Assembly (NCBI GenBank): GCA_030265395.1
Contig: JARFYF010000094.1
Span: 92,514,721-92,578,720 of the forward strand
Reading direction: 5' to 3'
DNA length: 64,000 nucleotides
Source: Rhina ancylostomus
Taxonomy: Eukaryota
The notes under the pieces were generated by a model. That model was given only the letters and a program-made list of their open reading frames with translations, searched no databases and was not told the origin of the DNA. Below are positions 38,135 through 51,144 of this stretch, piece by piece (the stretch's first letter is position 1; the number at the start of each line of letters is the position of its first letter). The position numbers and the translations under genes were made by a program.

Positions 38135-38860
38135 NNNNNNNNNNNNNNNNNNNNNNNNNNNNNNNNNNNNNNNNNNNNNNNNNNNNNNNNNNNNNNNNNN
38201 NNNNNNNNNNNNNNNNNNNNNNNNNNNNNNNNNNNNNNNNNNNNNNNNNNNNNNNNNNNNNNNNNNNNNNNNNNNNNNNNNNNNNNNNNNNNNNNNNNNN
38301 NNNNNNNNNNNNNNNNNNNNNNNNNNNNNNNNNNNNNNNNNNNNNNNNNNNNNNNNNNNNNNNNNNNNNNNNNNNNNNNNNNNNNNNNNNNNNNNNNNNN
38401 NNNNNNNNNNNNNNNNNNNNNNNNNNNNNNNNNNNNNNNNNNNNNNNNNNNNNNNNNNNNNNNNNNNNNNNNNNNNNNNNNNNNNNNNNNNNNNNNNNNN
38501 NNNNNNNNNNNNNNNNNNNNNNNNNNNNNNNNNNNNNNNNNNNNNNNNNNNNNNNNNNNNNNNNNNNNNNNNNNNNNNNNNNNNNNNNNNNNNNNNNNNN
38601 NNNNNNNNNNNNNNNNNNNNNNNNNNNNNNNNNNNNNNNNNNNNNNNNNNNNNNNNNNNNNNNNNNNNNNNNNNNNNNNNNNNNNNNNNNNNNNNNNNNN
38701 NNNNNNNNNNNNNNNNNNNNNNNNNNNNNNNNNNNNNNNNNNNNNNNNNNNNNNNNNNNNNNNNNNNNNNNNNNNNNNNNNNNNNNNNNNNNNNNNNNNN
38801 NNNNNNNNNNNNNNNNNNNNNNNNNNNNNNNNNNNNNNNNNNNNNNNNNNNNNNNNNNNN
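38135..38860. other. Largest assembly gap (726 N)
   Basis: Continuous N run. Confidence 0.99.
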
Positions 38861-38944
38861 CACATACATATCTTGGTCATTTGGCTTGGTTTGCATTCAG
38901 TAATTGTGAACAAAGGTGATGCAATCAATGAATTTGCTACTGCA

Positions 38945-39395
38945 AACAGTTCAGCCTGATTCAGATGGATTGTAGGTTCAAGTCCTACTCTAACTTGAGA
39001 ACTAAATTCAGGTGAACAAATGAGAACAGTATTGAGGGAGTACGGCTCTGACAAAGCTGGTGTCTTTGAGATGGCATATTTAACCAAGGATCTGCCTGCC
39101 CCTTAAATGTGGATGTAAAAGTTTTACATTGCTCTGTTCTGTAAAAGGGAAGGAGAATTTTGTCCGACCTTTATTCGTCAGACAGCATTACTGACAAAGA
39201 CTATCTGGTCATTCTTAGCTTGCCGTATATGGGGCTTTGCTATGCCCAAGAAGCCTGATGCATTTTTTACATTACAATAGTAATTGCACTTCAAAGTAAA
39301 TCATTGGCAGCAAAACATAAAAGCTACCATATAAATCCAAGTCTTTCTGAGACTGTCAAATGTGCTATATAAAAGTGAATCATTCTTTCTTTCAA
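38945..39395 (+). mobile_element. DeuSINE/SacSINE1-like SINE
   Basis: B-box-like 'ggttcaagtcctactc', core 'cagtattgagggagt...gtctttgagatgg...taaccaagg...gtggatgtaaaag', L2-type tail 'gctatataaaagtgaatcattctttctttc'. Confidence 0.8.
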
Positions 39396-39457
39396 GATTA
39401 CAAAATGGCCTTGGTGAAAGTTTGGCTGCAGCCCTACCACATACTTCCTAGATCTAA

Positions 39458-40555
39458 AAGCTCAGCATTCAACACCATCATTACCTCAGTACCAATCAAC
39501 AAGCTTCAAAACCTGGGCCTCTGTACCTCCCTCTGCAACTGGATCCTCAACTTCCTTATCAGAAGACCACAGTCAGTGCAGATCAGTAGTAACATCTCCT
39601 CCTCACTAACAATCAACACAGGTGCACCTCAAGGATGCTTGCTTAGCCTACTGCTCTACTATCTCTACGCTCATGACTGTGTGGCCAAGCACAGCTCAAA
39701 CGCCATCTATAAATTCGCCGATGACACCACTGTTGTTGGCAGAATCTCAAATGGCAATGAGGAGGCGTACAGAAGTAAGATAGATCAGTTGGTTGAGAGG
39801 TGTCACAAGAACAACCTCACCCCCAACATCAGCAAGACCAAGGAATTGATTGTGCACTCAGGAATGGGAAGTTGGGAGAACACACACCAGTCTTCATTGA
39901 GGGGTCAGCGGTGGAAAGGGTGAGTAGCTTCAAGTTCCTGGGTGTCAACATCTCGGAGGCTCTATCCTGGGCCCAACACATTGATGTAAACATGANNNNN
40001 NNNNNNNNGTGGCTCTACTTCATTAGGAGTTTGAGGAGAGTTGGTATGTTACCAAAGACTCTTGCAAATTTCTGTTGATGTTAGGTGGAGAACATTCTGA
40101 CTGGTTGCATCATGGCTTGTATGGAGTATGGAGGCTCCAATGCACAGGATTGCAAGAGGCTGTGGAGGGTTGTAGACTCATACAGCTCCATCAGAGGCAC
40201 AACCCTCCCTATCATCGAGAACATCTTCAAGAGGCGGTGCCTCAAGAAGGTAGCATCTATCACAAAGGATCTTCACCATCCAGGATATGGCCTCTTCTCA
40301 TTATTACCATTGGGGAGGAGGTACAGGAGCCGGAAGACCCACACTCAATGCTTCAGGAGCAGCTTCTTCCCCTCCACCATCTGATTTCTGAATGGTCCAT
40401 GAACCCATGAACCCTACCTCATTATTCCTTTTGTTTTTGCACTATTTATTTATTTTGTAATTTATTGTAATTTTATGTCCCCGCATTGTACTGCTACTGC
40501 AAAACAACAAATTTCATGTCATATAAGTCAGTGATAATAAGCCTGATTCTGATGA
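39458..40555 (+). mobile_element. Rex1/Babar retrotransposon RT pseudogene (5'-truncated)
   Basis: SSAFNTI...[14 protein letters not shown]...[15 protein letters not shown]...[12 protein letters not shown]...ISKTKELIV; [20 protein letters not shown]; LLPLGRRYRS; tail 'gtcagtgataataagcctgattctgat'. Confidence 0.95.
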
Positions 40556-41889
40556 TGGAGCTCAGCAGACCTAATACACAATGGAAAGGAGGAACACATT
40601 TTTAAAAAGGAGTAAAAATGTTGGGGATTAATTTTACTTCCTTCAAACAGAGACNNNNNNNNNNNNNNNNNNNNNNNNNNNNNNNNNNNNNNNNNNNNNN
40701 NNNNNNNNNNNNNNNNNNNNNNNNNNNNNNNNNNNNNNNNNNNNNNNTCCAAGGAATAAGGAGAATCTAAAAGTCATAACCCAGTGATATAGTCTGTGCT
40801 ACCGTATGATTTTTAATGAGAACTCAGGGTGGAGTAGGGCTGCCCAGCATCAAACTTGCCAGAGGACCTTCTCCGTGCTGGCTTTTCCTCTTCCCTCCAC
40901 TGCTGAGAACAACCTCATCAGCACTTAACTTAAGCCAGGGATCACTTATTTGGAATCCTCTCTAATTCCTGTTTCCTCTTGTCAGCTTTAACACTATTTC
41001 TGCTGGATTTATCTCTTTGAATTCAAATATGTTAACATTAAAAGAAGGCTAGATTCACCTTGCTTCCTTCAGAACTGGTGGGTGTGCTGTCTGCACAGGT
41101 GTCCCCACCCACCTGTCTTCACTCCCTTTAAAATCTTGCCAATTAAATCAATATAATGCCTCAAACCCATTATTGCTGAATAACTGATGGTAATTTTTAG
41201 GGAAAATAAATTCTGGATGCAAAAACTTCAATCTTCAAATCAGGTCAGAGAAGAACAAAACTTAAGATGTCAGTTTATTTTTTTTAATTTCAACCTGGAT
41301 TCATTACAATTTTGGAGAAAGGTGACTTTAAGTGAAAGGGTTTAAGAACATGTTACAACAAGAATTCTTCACATGCAAAATATATGATGCTTCTCCTTTT
41401 CAATAATTTCAAAATACCATTTTTGTATTTTTAAATTACTTTGAAATAGGATGTTAGCTGTTTAAGAGGATCATTATATTTTAACTCCTGGAAGCAAAGG
41501 TTAGGTACTTTGGGAACTGAGACTAACACTTGAAGCTAGAGCTAGGTCTTGACTGATGAAACTTCAAATTGAGTAAAACAATTTAGCAGAGAAATTAGGT
41601 ATTGAGTTAAGAGATCGTCAGATGGGAAACAAATTGAAAGTTCTGAATCAATGGTAAACTGACTGCTATCTGCTCCTTGAATACTAGTTATTCACTTTAA
41701 TAAAGGATAAATGAGTTTTGCATCTATGATCAGCAGCCCTCCTCTTCGTTCTAACTGGTGCTCAATTAAGTCATTGTTGGACTAATGGAATGATTATTTT
41801 GTCACTACTTACTGTGCTTAATGCTGCTCAGTGACCCCTCAGTCCTGAGAAATGTTCATCAAAAACATCTGTAACTTTACTTTTAAAGT

Positions 41890-42800
41890 ATTAATAAAAT
41901 GTTTGCAAGTAAAATGGAATGAAGGCTTTATGGAATGTGATCTCCTGAAATTAACTGGCAGAACTCAGGTGGGCACATCACCAGACACTGATGGAATATA
42001 CAAACAACTGCTGAAAGAACTCGGAGAGCAGACATTAGAGGCCCTGTCCAATGTTTTACTGGGTGTTGAATATGCATATGGTGTTGTGTCATCACAGGGG
42101 AGCTGACGTAGTACCTTTGTTCACAAACAGAAAGAAAGAAGAAATGGAGTAACTGTAGATCATTTAATCTAGGCACTGCCATGAAAAAAAACTCTTGGAA
42201 TTGTTAACTCAAGATCAAAACAATAAGCATTTAGAAGCTTATAGCTAACTGANNNNATCCAGCATGGATTTGCCAAAGGCAAGACATGTTTGACAAATTT
42301 AGTAGAAATCTTTTGAAGAAATAGTCAATGATTTAAAAGGAATAAGCAATACTTAAATGTGAATTATGAGTTCAACTCCCAATACAGCAGATTAAATAAA
42401 TTCAATCAGTTAGGTATTCTGTGAGTTGACATCAGCTAATAGGACATTGGATTGTTTGAACAAAAAATCATTACTATTTTTTTGTGAAGAGTCCTAATAA
42501 TGGGATTTTGCCTGGTCTATCATAGGCTGATAACATCCCAAGAACAATGAACAAAGCTTTGCCAGTGCCATTCATGCCTCAAGAATGCATGAAACCAATG
42601 ACGGGTTGAAAGTGTTGAACACAAAAAAAGGGTGTTATTTTCATATATAATTGGGTGCAGGGAATAAATTCCAATAATTAATAGTGACAAAACATTGGAA
42701 GTTTAGCAAACAGTAAGAAAGATTATTAAACCCTTCTGGAAAATTCTGGGATGTTGTCAGATCCAATTTAATGTGGAAAGCACTGAATTATGTGATGAAC
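41890..42800 (+). mobile_element. Very old CR1 fragments with an inserted SINE-like piece (about 42360-42595)
   Basis: TSPDTDGIYKQLLKEL (SPGPDGIxPRxLKE-like); 'cagcatggatttgccaaaggcaagacatgtttgacaaatttagtagaa' (QHGFxKGKxCLTNLxE). Confidence 0.7.
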
Positions 42801-42889
42801 AAAAAGATCTAGAGATTCACAAACAAGATAAATTGTCTCTCAACAGCAAATACATATAAAAATCTATTAAGTCCTCCTCTCAGCCCTGG

Positions 42890-43005
42890 AACATCAACCT
42901 GAAGCTTTAAGCTTGTTTTCACCTTTCACAGAGGCTACCTGACCTGCTGCTTGTTTCCAGCATTTTCTGTTTCAGATTTTTAACATCCATGCTGTTTTGC
43001 TTCTG
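42890..43005. mobile_element. Penelope-like terminal repeat fragment
   Basis: 'ttcacagaggctacctgacctgctgcttgtttccagcattttctgtttcagattt' matches the 12050-12115 repeat. Confidence 0.65.
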
Positions 43006-43499
43006 TGTTCATGTTGTGGTCTTTTTTAGTTTATCTCAGGGAGTAATTGAGGAAAATGAAGGAAGACACAATCATGATTTGAAGATGATGCAGGGGAATG
43101 GGCAGAGCAGTGGATTAAATGTTGATGTCTCTGACAAGAATTACCACCGACGCAGTGGCACTAAGTGGCCTTACTATGTATTGTTAATACCCAAGTCAGG
43201 TGAAATACCAAAACAGATACGAACCTAATGTATCAAAATGGATTATAGGAAGTGTATAGATAGAGATAGGGCACAAATTATTTGTCTCATCTTGTGTTTT
43301 AGCTGCTCCCTTAGATAATCTTGACCTGCAGCAAATACCACATTGCATAAAGGAGGGAGCATAATGTACATTTTCTGGCACTCATGCATTCCGTCTTTGA
43401 AATGTGAACAAATCCTTTTTCATGACGTACAATGGTGTTAGTCAGTTTGACACGGATTTCCACATGATAACAGACCTCAATCAAATTCTTAGAGGAGGC

Positions 43500-44575
43500 A
43501 TCAGATATGACGGATTGGAGAGATGCATCAGTTGTATGTCACACGACTTTCAAAAAGCATTTGACAAAGCAGCAGATGAGAGACTATTGTAAAAGGCTAA
43601 GTGTTATACAGTTAGGGGAGGGAAAGAAAATTGAATTAAAAGCTGATTATAGGTGAAGAAAGAGAAAGTAAGAGGCAGAGTAAATCATTCTGAAAAGCAA
43701 GAAAAGCTCAAGGCAACGTTGATAAGAATGGTGGAATGGACAAAAATAAGTGGAAGATAGAATTCAGTGTCAGAGAATGTGAAGTGTTACAATTTGGTAA
43801 AGAAAGAGGAAATAATAATCATAATCTGAATGGGAAAAGCTGACTGATGTGGAAGATTAGAGAGATTTAGGGGTTTAGGTCCACGAGACATTGAAAACAG
43901 CAACTCAACGTGCATAAAGCCATAAAAAATCTAATGGAATACTGGATTTTATGACATGGGGTATGGAATGTAAAAGTTGAAATGTAATGGTGAATCTGTA
44001 TAAAATCTTAGAGTGATCACAGTTGGAGTGCTGTGAACAATTTATGCTTCTTCGCTAAAAGAAGGAGGTTGAGTGCTAGAGAAAGTACAGTTTGTAATCA
44101 CTTGGATACCACCTGGTTTTATAAGGTTTGTTTGCTGGTGCAATAAGATATAAATGCAGATAAATATTTGGATATTTGGAGCTATTTTCATTGGAACAGA
44201 CTTGATTGTAATTTAGAATTTGTTTCAAACTACAAAAGGAGTGAACAGCTAATTTCAATAATTGAAGTTTCCAGAACAAGAGAACACACAAACAAGAATA
44301 AACATGAGAATTAGAAAAGAGAACAGGAAAGTCATTTTATTCACAGAATTGTAAGGCTGTGGAACGTATTAGCAAGGTTAATGAATGAATCAGAGACCAT
44401 GTCATGATTTAAGAATGTTAGGTGATTAATTAATGGAAAGTAGGATAAAGGAATATTGGAGCTGAGTAGGCAGAAGGGATTAGGTCAATTGCTCCAACAG
44501 AAAATAAATACCAACATAGGCTAGTTAGGACATATGACTGGCTGGTGCATTGTAATTTCCATTTATTTCTGTATC
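43500..44575 (+). mobile_element. Old CR1 LINE RT and 3' UTR
   Basis: DFQKAFDKAADERLL; 'tggaagatagaattcagtgtcagagaatgtgaagtgttacaatttgg'; 'agagatttaggggtttaggtccac'; 'tccagaacaagagaacac'. Confidence 0.85.
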
Positions 44576-46689
44576 CTGGGATGACCAACCTTTACGACAT
44601 TGAAAACTTTAAATGAGCTCAGAATAAATGGAAACTTTTTCTTCCTGAGCAATTATCTACAGTTTTGTTTGTGCTGAAGAAAGTATTAGATGCAAGGATC
44701 TGCTCAAATCAATTACTCCTTTTACTATAAATGAGCTGAAGCCATTGAGAGCCAGTGGCAACACTCTTGCCCCATAGAAGAATGAGGATTCAAGCTCTAT
44801 TCTAAACTTTGAGCAAAAAAAAATCAAGGCTGGTAGTTCAGCGTAGAACTAGGAAATATGAATCGGTGGCCCCTCCACTTGCAACCCTCCACCACAACCC
44901 TCCAATGCTTCATCTCTAAATTTGCTGGGCTCTTCCAAAATTAGCACAATAGTGGGCCCTTAGAATAAAATTCACTCTCCTGGCAAGAGACTAACTACTG
45001 CATCTCATTGATTGTCATCAAACACTTAAATACCTTTTCTAGAATCTTGAATCATATAAAAGTTGCAATCATTCCAAGATGAAACTATTAGTCACCTGAA
45101 AATTTGATTTGAACAGAGCAAACTATGCTTTATAGAAGCAAATTGAGCTTCTGCTAACTGTAACAGGGTATTGGGTGGGAGTGAGGACGGGAAGAGTGGG
45201 AGAAATAAAAGAAAATACTTAGATATTTGCTAGATTTGCTCTAGTTTTTTGTTCACAAGATGATGCCATACTTGGAATATAAAGACTGACAGAGGTTACT
45301 CTGATTATTATGTACAGGGAACAACGAAGTGATGGATAGATTGTCACAGTTACCATCTCAGTACTAACTACTGGGACACAATTTATCTGCACTAATGTTT
45401 AAATAAATTGCTGAAGCTCATTCATAAAATTTTATGGCAAGGAGTTGGCTGGCTTATGTTTCCATTATGCTTTACTGTCAAAACGTGGCTTTTGGACAAG
45501 CAGAAAAATCCCCCAACTGTTGGAAATATAAAATAAAAATAGTAAATTTGTCAGCATCTGTAAAAAGACTAATTAACAGAGCAGGAAATACTAGAGATTT
45601 GAATAGATGCAAAGCCATTTCTAATCCTAAGTAAAACCAGTTGAGAGAGGATTTTGGAAAAATTGTTTTCTTGTGTACATTTGTGATTGTGGTACTGTTC
45701 AGATGATACACGTATATTAGCACCTCAACAGAATGTCTTGGGTACTGCCTTTGATTGAAAAGTAGAATTAGGACCAGGCACAGAGTAAGAAGACTTCACG
45801 AGCAACCTTGCAGGAGAATAAAAGATGTGAGCCTCATTCCAATTTTACCCGATGAAGTGTGGAAAAGCCTAGCTTTTGCTCAATTGCTTCTTCTTGCTCT
45901 CTTCCAAATAATATTATTATATCATGCAATGTACAAAATGCAGACAGAAGCAATCATAAAATTAAATACCATAGATTTGTTAAACTCACACATCAAATGA
46001 CTGCAGTTTCTCAATCAATTGCTTGTGTTTTCAGCCAACTACACTAAAAGCAGAATTAAGCTCCATACCAGTTTCCATGCAAACTATTCTGTTCTTTTTC
46101 TTACAATACTCCACTTGAACAGACAAACAAAGTTGCAGCCTCAATAATTTTTTCGCAGTTGTTCCAGTGCTATGCTATGCCTACAGAATGCTAACGTCAA
46201 TGAATATATTCACAGCTATCTTGGTTGAAGAAAACTGCTTATGGTTCAAGGGATATTCCTTCTGTGTTTAGGTGGGTAGAAAAAGTGACAGAAGTAAACA
46301 AATAGATCTTGATGGATCATAATATTGGCCAGGATTCTGTGCATCAGGAATACAAGGATAACACAATGCAACACTTATTAAAGACACAACAGATTTGTCG
46401 CAGTCGATAAAATATAACTATTTCCTCAATGCCAGCCATTATGCTTTTTGTAAATGTAAACTAAATGAGATGTCTGAAGCACTGATCCTCTGTATTGCAG
46501 AAGCTACCAATGGAATACATTATTGTCTCTTAATCCCATCATTTATTTGTGATAGATTATCCCAGTTTTCCCATTCTACTGTTGGACTGCCTTATGTACT
46601 TTTTAAAAGGCAGATGTTTTCTGTTTTTTTTGAAAAGTAATTTTGAAGAATTCCAAATGTAAATGATCATTTTATCATCATCTATCATG

Positions 46690-47245
46690 CTGGCTTAGTT
46701 CAATGAGTAGCACTCCAACCTCTGAGTTAAAAGATTCAGAGTTCACCTCCTGTCCCAGAAGCTCAAGCACAAAAATCTGACCTGGTGCCCTATTGAGTGA
46801 ATGTCACATCCGTTATTAGACATTTAATGAATCCCATTTACATTTTGAAGTGGATGTAGAAAATCTGATGACACTTCTTTGAAGAAGTACAACAGAGTCA
46901 TCCATGTGTCTTGGAACATATTTATTCCTCCTTCAATGGACCAGTTGTGATTGATTCAACTTGTTGCCTACACTAGGATCCCACACTAATACAATGGCTA
47001 CACTTATCTACTGCAATCCCTGTACAATGGGCTGTTCTGGAGGCCTCCACTTCTTGACCCTTCCATGAAGCAAAGTGGGCCACAGCTGGTCAACAGACCT
47101 CAGGTAGTGGAACTGGACAGCCAGCCCCCAGCAAGCCTGGTGGTGCTTGATAGCTTGTTGCTTCTTCTTACATTACAACATGAAATATTTCACCATGTTG
47201 TAGCTATAAAGCACTTTGGGATAACTTGAAAGGGTCCCTTTATTT
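46690..47245 (+). mobile_element. Decayed DeuSINE-like SINE
   Basis: Head 'tggcttagttcaatgagtagcactccaacctctgagttaaaag', core 'aagtggatgtagaaaatctgatgacacttctttgaagaag', tail 'tataaagcactttggga'. Confidence 0.65.
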
Positions 47246-48614
47246 ATTTGTGTACAAGACGTAGACGTTGTTGGCAATGCCAGCATTAATTGTCCATCCT
47301 TAACTGAGGTGGGTGCATTCAAGTAGTTAAGACTCCACCACAATCATGGCTTTGGACTTGTGCTCAAGCCGGATCAGGAGGGGTGGTAATTTTCCTTCCC
47401 TAAAAGGCATCAGTATAACACATTACTCTTAAGATGTAACATCTCCCAAGTGCTTGAGCTTTACTAATCTGTTGAGAAGAGGGGATTTGCGTTTAATGCA
47501 GGGAAACATGATGATTGGGCTGCATCAGGAATGTTAGATTTGACCAGGGTCTTTATTGCTTTTCAGGTGCAGTGACATTTATTCCTTTCCACTCCTACAG
47601 TCAGCATTCCAGTGTGTTAATGGAATGCCAGGGTAGAGTGGTCACTACCCATTTGTACATGGGGAGCTCCTATTCTGAGAAGTATATCAGGAGAAAGTAC
47701 AGAATACCCAGAACAGATGGGAAACAGATCAGCCAGCCATGAATTAATTCATTGGTTATCGTGCAGTCTGCTTGACTTCCCTATTGAAACTTGCCACGTC
47801 TTGGGAAGTTAAGAAGGAACGTGATTATGTGTAAGAGCAAGAAAGATAAAAACATTAACCACTGGGATGAAAACCATGGTAATGAAGGAGAGAATAAAAA
47901 CATATATAAATAAAGAGCTGTTGGTGCGGACAACTTGTGACAGATGGTACCATCAGAGAATGACAATCTAACATCATCCCCTGTCACTTGTTAACAGTCA
48001 TGCCCTATTAACTACAATTAGACCCAAGTGTGTCAGTGTTTTATCAGTCAGCTTTCAAATTCATTACAGCTTAAATTCCACTAAAAGAAACTCTGACTTT
48101 TCAAATCCTCAAGCATTCACATTGTACAAGACAAGCAGGAAAAGTGGTGGTGAATGCACCCACCTCAAATAGGCAGGAGATTCATTAAAATAATCAAAAA
48201 AGCTATGAATATTTCACATGTGATTTATGGATATAGGGTGCTCAATTATGTTTATGCTCAGAAATAATGGACATCCAGATTTATTAGGAAATCACTTGTG
48301 AGTATTACTTAAACTGCAAAGTAAATTGATTCTGTGTTTTAAGAATAATTTCTTGGCAATTTTTCTGGATATTTTCTGCTGCCAAGTGGGTTCTCGTGAG
48401 TCTTTTTGCTTGCTGTCCTGATATCTACTTTGCCACTCACAACACTGGACCCATAGGCATCCTCTACCTGCTCCTTTATAGAGGAAATGGAGGTCAACAG
48501 AGCTAGGGTTAGCAGCTCTGTGTCTATTGTTTCATTTTGGGGGAGAATTAATATGTCTAGAGACTTCTGGTAAGCAAGAAAGCTAAGTTAACAGCACAGA
48601 AATGAGATTTGTTG

Positions 48615-48925
48615 GTTTTATTCCTGGAAGAACAGCAAGTAGAAATTCATGGAAGAATGCCCCACCAGAGTGATTGACAGCTAGTGTAGCCTGATTGGCT
48701 GAATCTACATCATCCTGCCAGATGCCAATGACAAGATTAGCCTGGCTAGCATTGGGTTGGTGCAAATCAAATCATAATGATTTGTTAACCCTGGGAATCA
48801 TGCTGACTGAAGCAAACAGCAAAATTTCCTGTTAGTCTCATTAACCAAAACCTAATTATCATGCAAGCAAAAACAGCAAAGTTATGTTACTTTCTAGTCC
48901 TTATTTATCAATGCAAATTAAAATC
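48615..48925. promoter_or_regulatory. Putative TALE/NF-Y composite regulatory element
   Basis: TGATTGACAG at 48671-48680, CTGATTGGCT at 48691-48700, TTCnnnGAA at 48621 and 48646, ATGCAAAT at 48911. Confidence 0.4.
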
Positions 48926-49644
48926 CTCATGCACCAAACTTTAATTTATCTACAATAAACCCAGCAAGTTCAGAATAATATAAATGTGGAAGATTTTCAA
49001 TGTATTTCTTGCTTATATAATTTTGTGGAAAAATAGCATCCAAAATATAGAAAATGCAGTGTAGATTCCATTATGAAAATACTTGAAGGAAATCAAAATA
49101 ATAATTACTATAAATAATACAAGTACAGGTGTACAATGTGAGTGGTTTGAGACTTTGAAAGAGCAGACATTTGGGTGGGAAGACTGTAGTTACGTTAATG
49201 TTATACAGTAAAACCTCTGCTAAGGATTAAGGAAACTCAGGTGGGGCATTAAACATCAGTGTAAAATGTGAGATTTGCCCACATTTCCTCAACCACTAAA
49301 TTTTGATTTCAATTACAAGGAAATGTTGGCCAATATGTTTTACGTATGCCTGTATATAAATTTACATACATATTTATGTGCTTATACCAGGTACGGGTAT
49401 ACTCTCAGCCATCTGACATCCATGGGGAATGGGGATGTTGGTGGCATGAGAATTGCTCCAAAAAAATTCCTATACTTCACACACTAGTATTTGATGCATC
49501 AGCCTTTAAATAAATTGCCGAATGATATGTCATCTCCATATCCTTTTAAATAACAATGTTTTACACAGCAATTCCATATTTTAAGGCTAAACAGTATTAA
49601 TGTAAAATACAGCAAAGATAAATCAAATGAATGATTGTACTCAC

Positions 49645-49709
49645 CATCTCATGAAGTGCCAGATCTTCAAAAAGGTTGATGCTGCTAATCAGCCTATAAC
49701 TGCACTGCC
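49645..49709 (-). other. Candidate short coding exon of an unidentified gene
   Basis: Donor ATG|gtgagtac; pyrimidine tract 'tttagtttatttaccttttacataag' (alternative acceptor gttatag would start the exon at 49693); one open frame (G)QCSYRLISSI(N/I)LFEDLALHEM. Confidence 0.3.
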
Positions 49710-50659
49710 CTTATGTAAAAGGTAAATAAANNNNNNNNNNNNNNNNNNNNNNNNNNNNNNNNNNNNNNNNNNNNNNNNNNNNNNNNNNNNNNNNNNNNNN
49801 NNNNNNNNNNNNNNNNNNNNNNNNNNNNNNGATCTTCAAAAAGGATGATGCTGCTAATCAGCCTATAACTGCACTGCCCTTATGTAAAAGGTAAATAAAC
49901 TAAATATGCCTTTTCACACGTATATTGCATGATAATTGAAATAAGATTCACTGTTTGAGCTTATTTTCATAAAAACAAATTTTTGTCGGTTGCATGAGAA
50001 TTCCAGATGTATGAATAAAGGATAAATAAGAATTTACTATACAACTGAACTATAACATATTCACAGATGAACTGAACTGCAAAATGAGTGAATATTTTTT
50101 CTTGTCCAATTTTTATATATAACCCTAGGCTATCTTTTAAAAGAATGATAGATTATGAAAGTTGTCACAATGTGTATGTGTATGGTAAGTTTTATTGTTG
50201 AACATTCATTTTGATTAGTGTATGGTGAAATCCAAATGAGGGTTCTAACATGCATGTTGGATACTCTGGGCTGTGAAGACTTTGACTCCTCTTTCTCTGA
50301 AGGATAGTTTGGTGCCACATTAAAAACGTTTTATGAAATGGAGAATAATTCCAAAATGGTTTAGTTCGCCAAATCCTTTTTTGGTGAAGAGCCTCTAATG
50401 ATGTCCACATCCTTGTCCAAACTTTTTCAAAAAATTGTTTTGGTTCTTGTTTCTGGCCTTTTCATGGATCTTTGCCATATGCTGTCTAAATTTTAGACCG
50501 ATGCAAAACACCCTTCCTATAGTATGTGGTATATAGTATATAGTATACTAACTTCCTATAGTGTGGCATCACTGCAGAATATATTTGATAATATGTATAT
50601 GTCTGTGCACATATGTGAAAAGCACATAAGAAACTAGATATACAAGATATACAAAATAT

Positions 50660-50847
50660 TTATTTATTAGTCACATGTACGTTGAAACACACAGTGAAAT
50701 GCGTCTTTTTGCGTTACTGATAACGTTCTGGGGGCAGCCCGCAAGTGTCACCACTCTTCCGGCGCCAACATAGCACGCCCACAGCTCCTAACCCATACGT
50801 CTTTGGAATGTGGGAGGAAACCGGAGCACCCGGAGGAAACCCACGCA
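50660..50847 (-). mobile_element. V-SINE 3' half (Rex1-like tail), head lost in gap
   Basis: 'tgtgggaggaaaccggagcacccggaggaaacccacgca' is the reverse V-core; tail 'tttattagtcacatgtacgttgaaacacacagtgaaatgc'. Confidence 0.9.
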
Positions 50848-50946
50848 NNNNNNNNNNNNNNNNNNNNNNNNNNNNNNNNNNNNNNNNNNNNNNNNNNNNN
50901 NNNNNNNNNNNNNNNNNNNNNNNNNNNNNNNNNNNNNNNNNNNNNN

Positions 50947-51133
50947 NTCCTCCGGGTGCTCCAGTTTCCTCCCACATTCCAAAGATGTACAGGTTAGGAA
51001 GTTGTGGGCGTGCTATGTTGGCGTTGGAAGCGTGGCGACACTTGCGGGCTGTCCCCAGAACACTCTACGCAGAAGATGCATTTCACTGTGTGTTTCAACA
51101 TACGTGTGACTAATAAAGATATCTCATCTTATA
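50947..51133 (+). mobile_element. V-SINE 3' half (Rex1-like tail), head lost in gap
   Basis: 'tcctccgggtgctccagtttcctcccacattccaaaga' V-core; tail 'gcatttcactgtgtgtttcaacatacgtgtgactaataaagatatctcatctta'. Confidence 0.9.
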
Positions 51134-51144
51134 TTTTCAATAGA

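Noticed and set aside
37928-39087. ORFs of 275-323 aa (and those at 28168-28679)
   Set aside because: Artefacts of translating N runs.
39360-39923. 187-aa RT ORF as an active or domesticated gene
   Set aside because: 5'-truncated Rex1 with frameshifts downstream.
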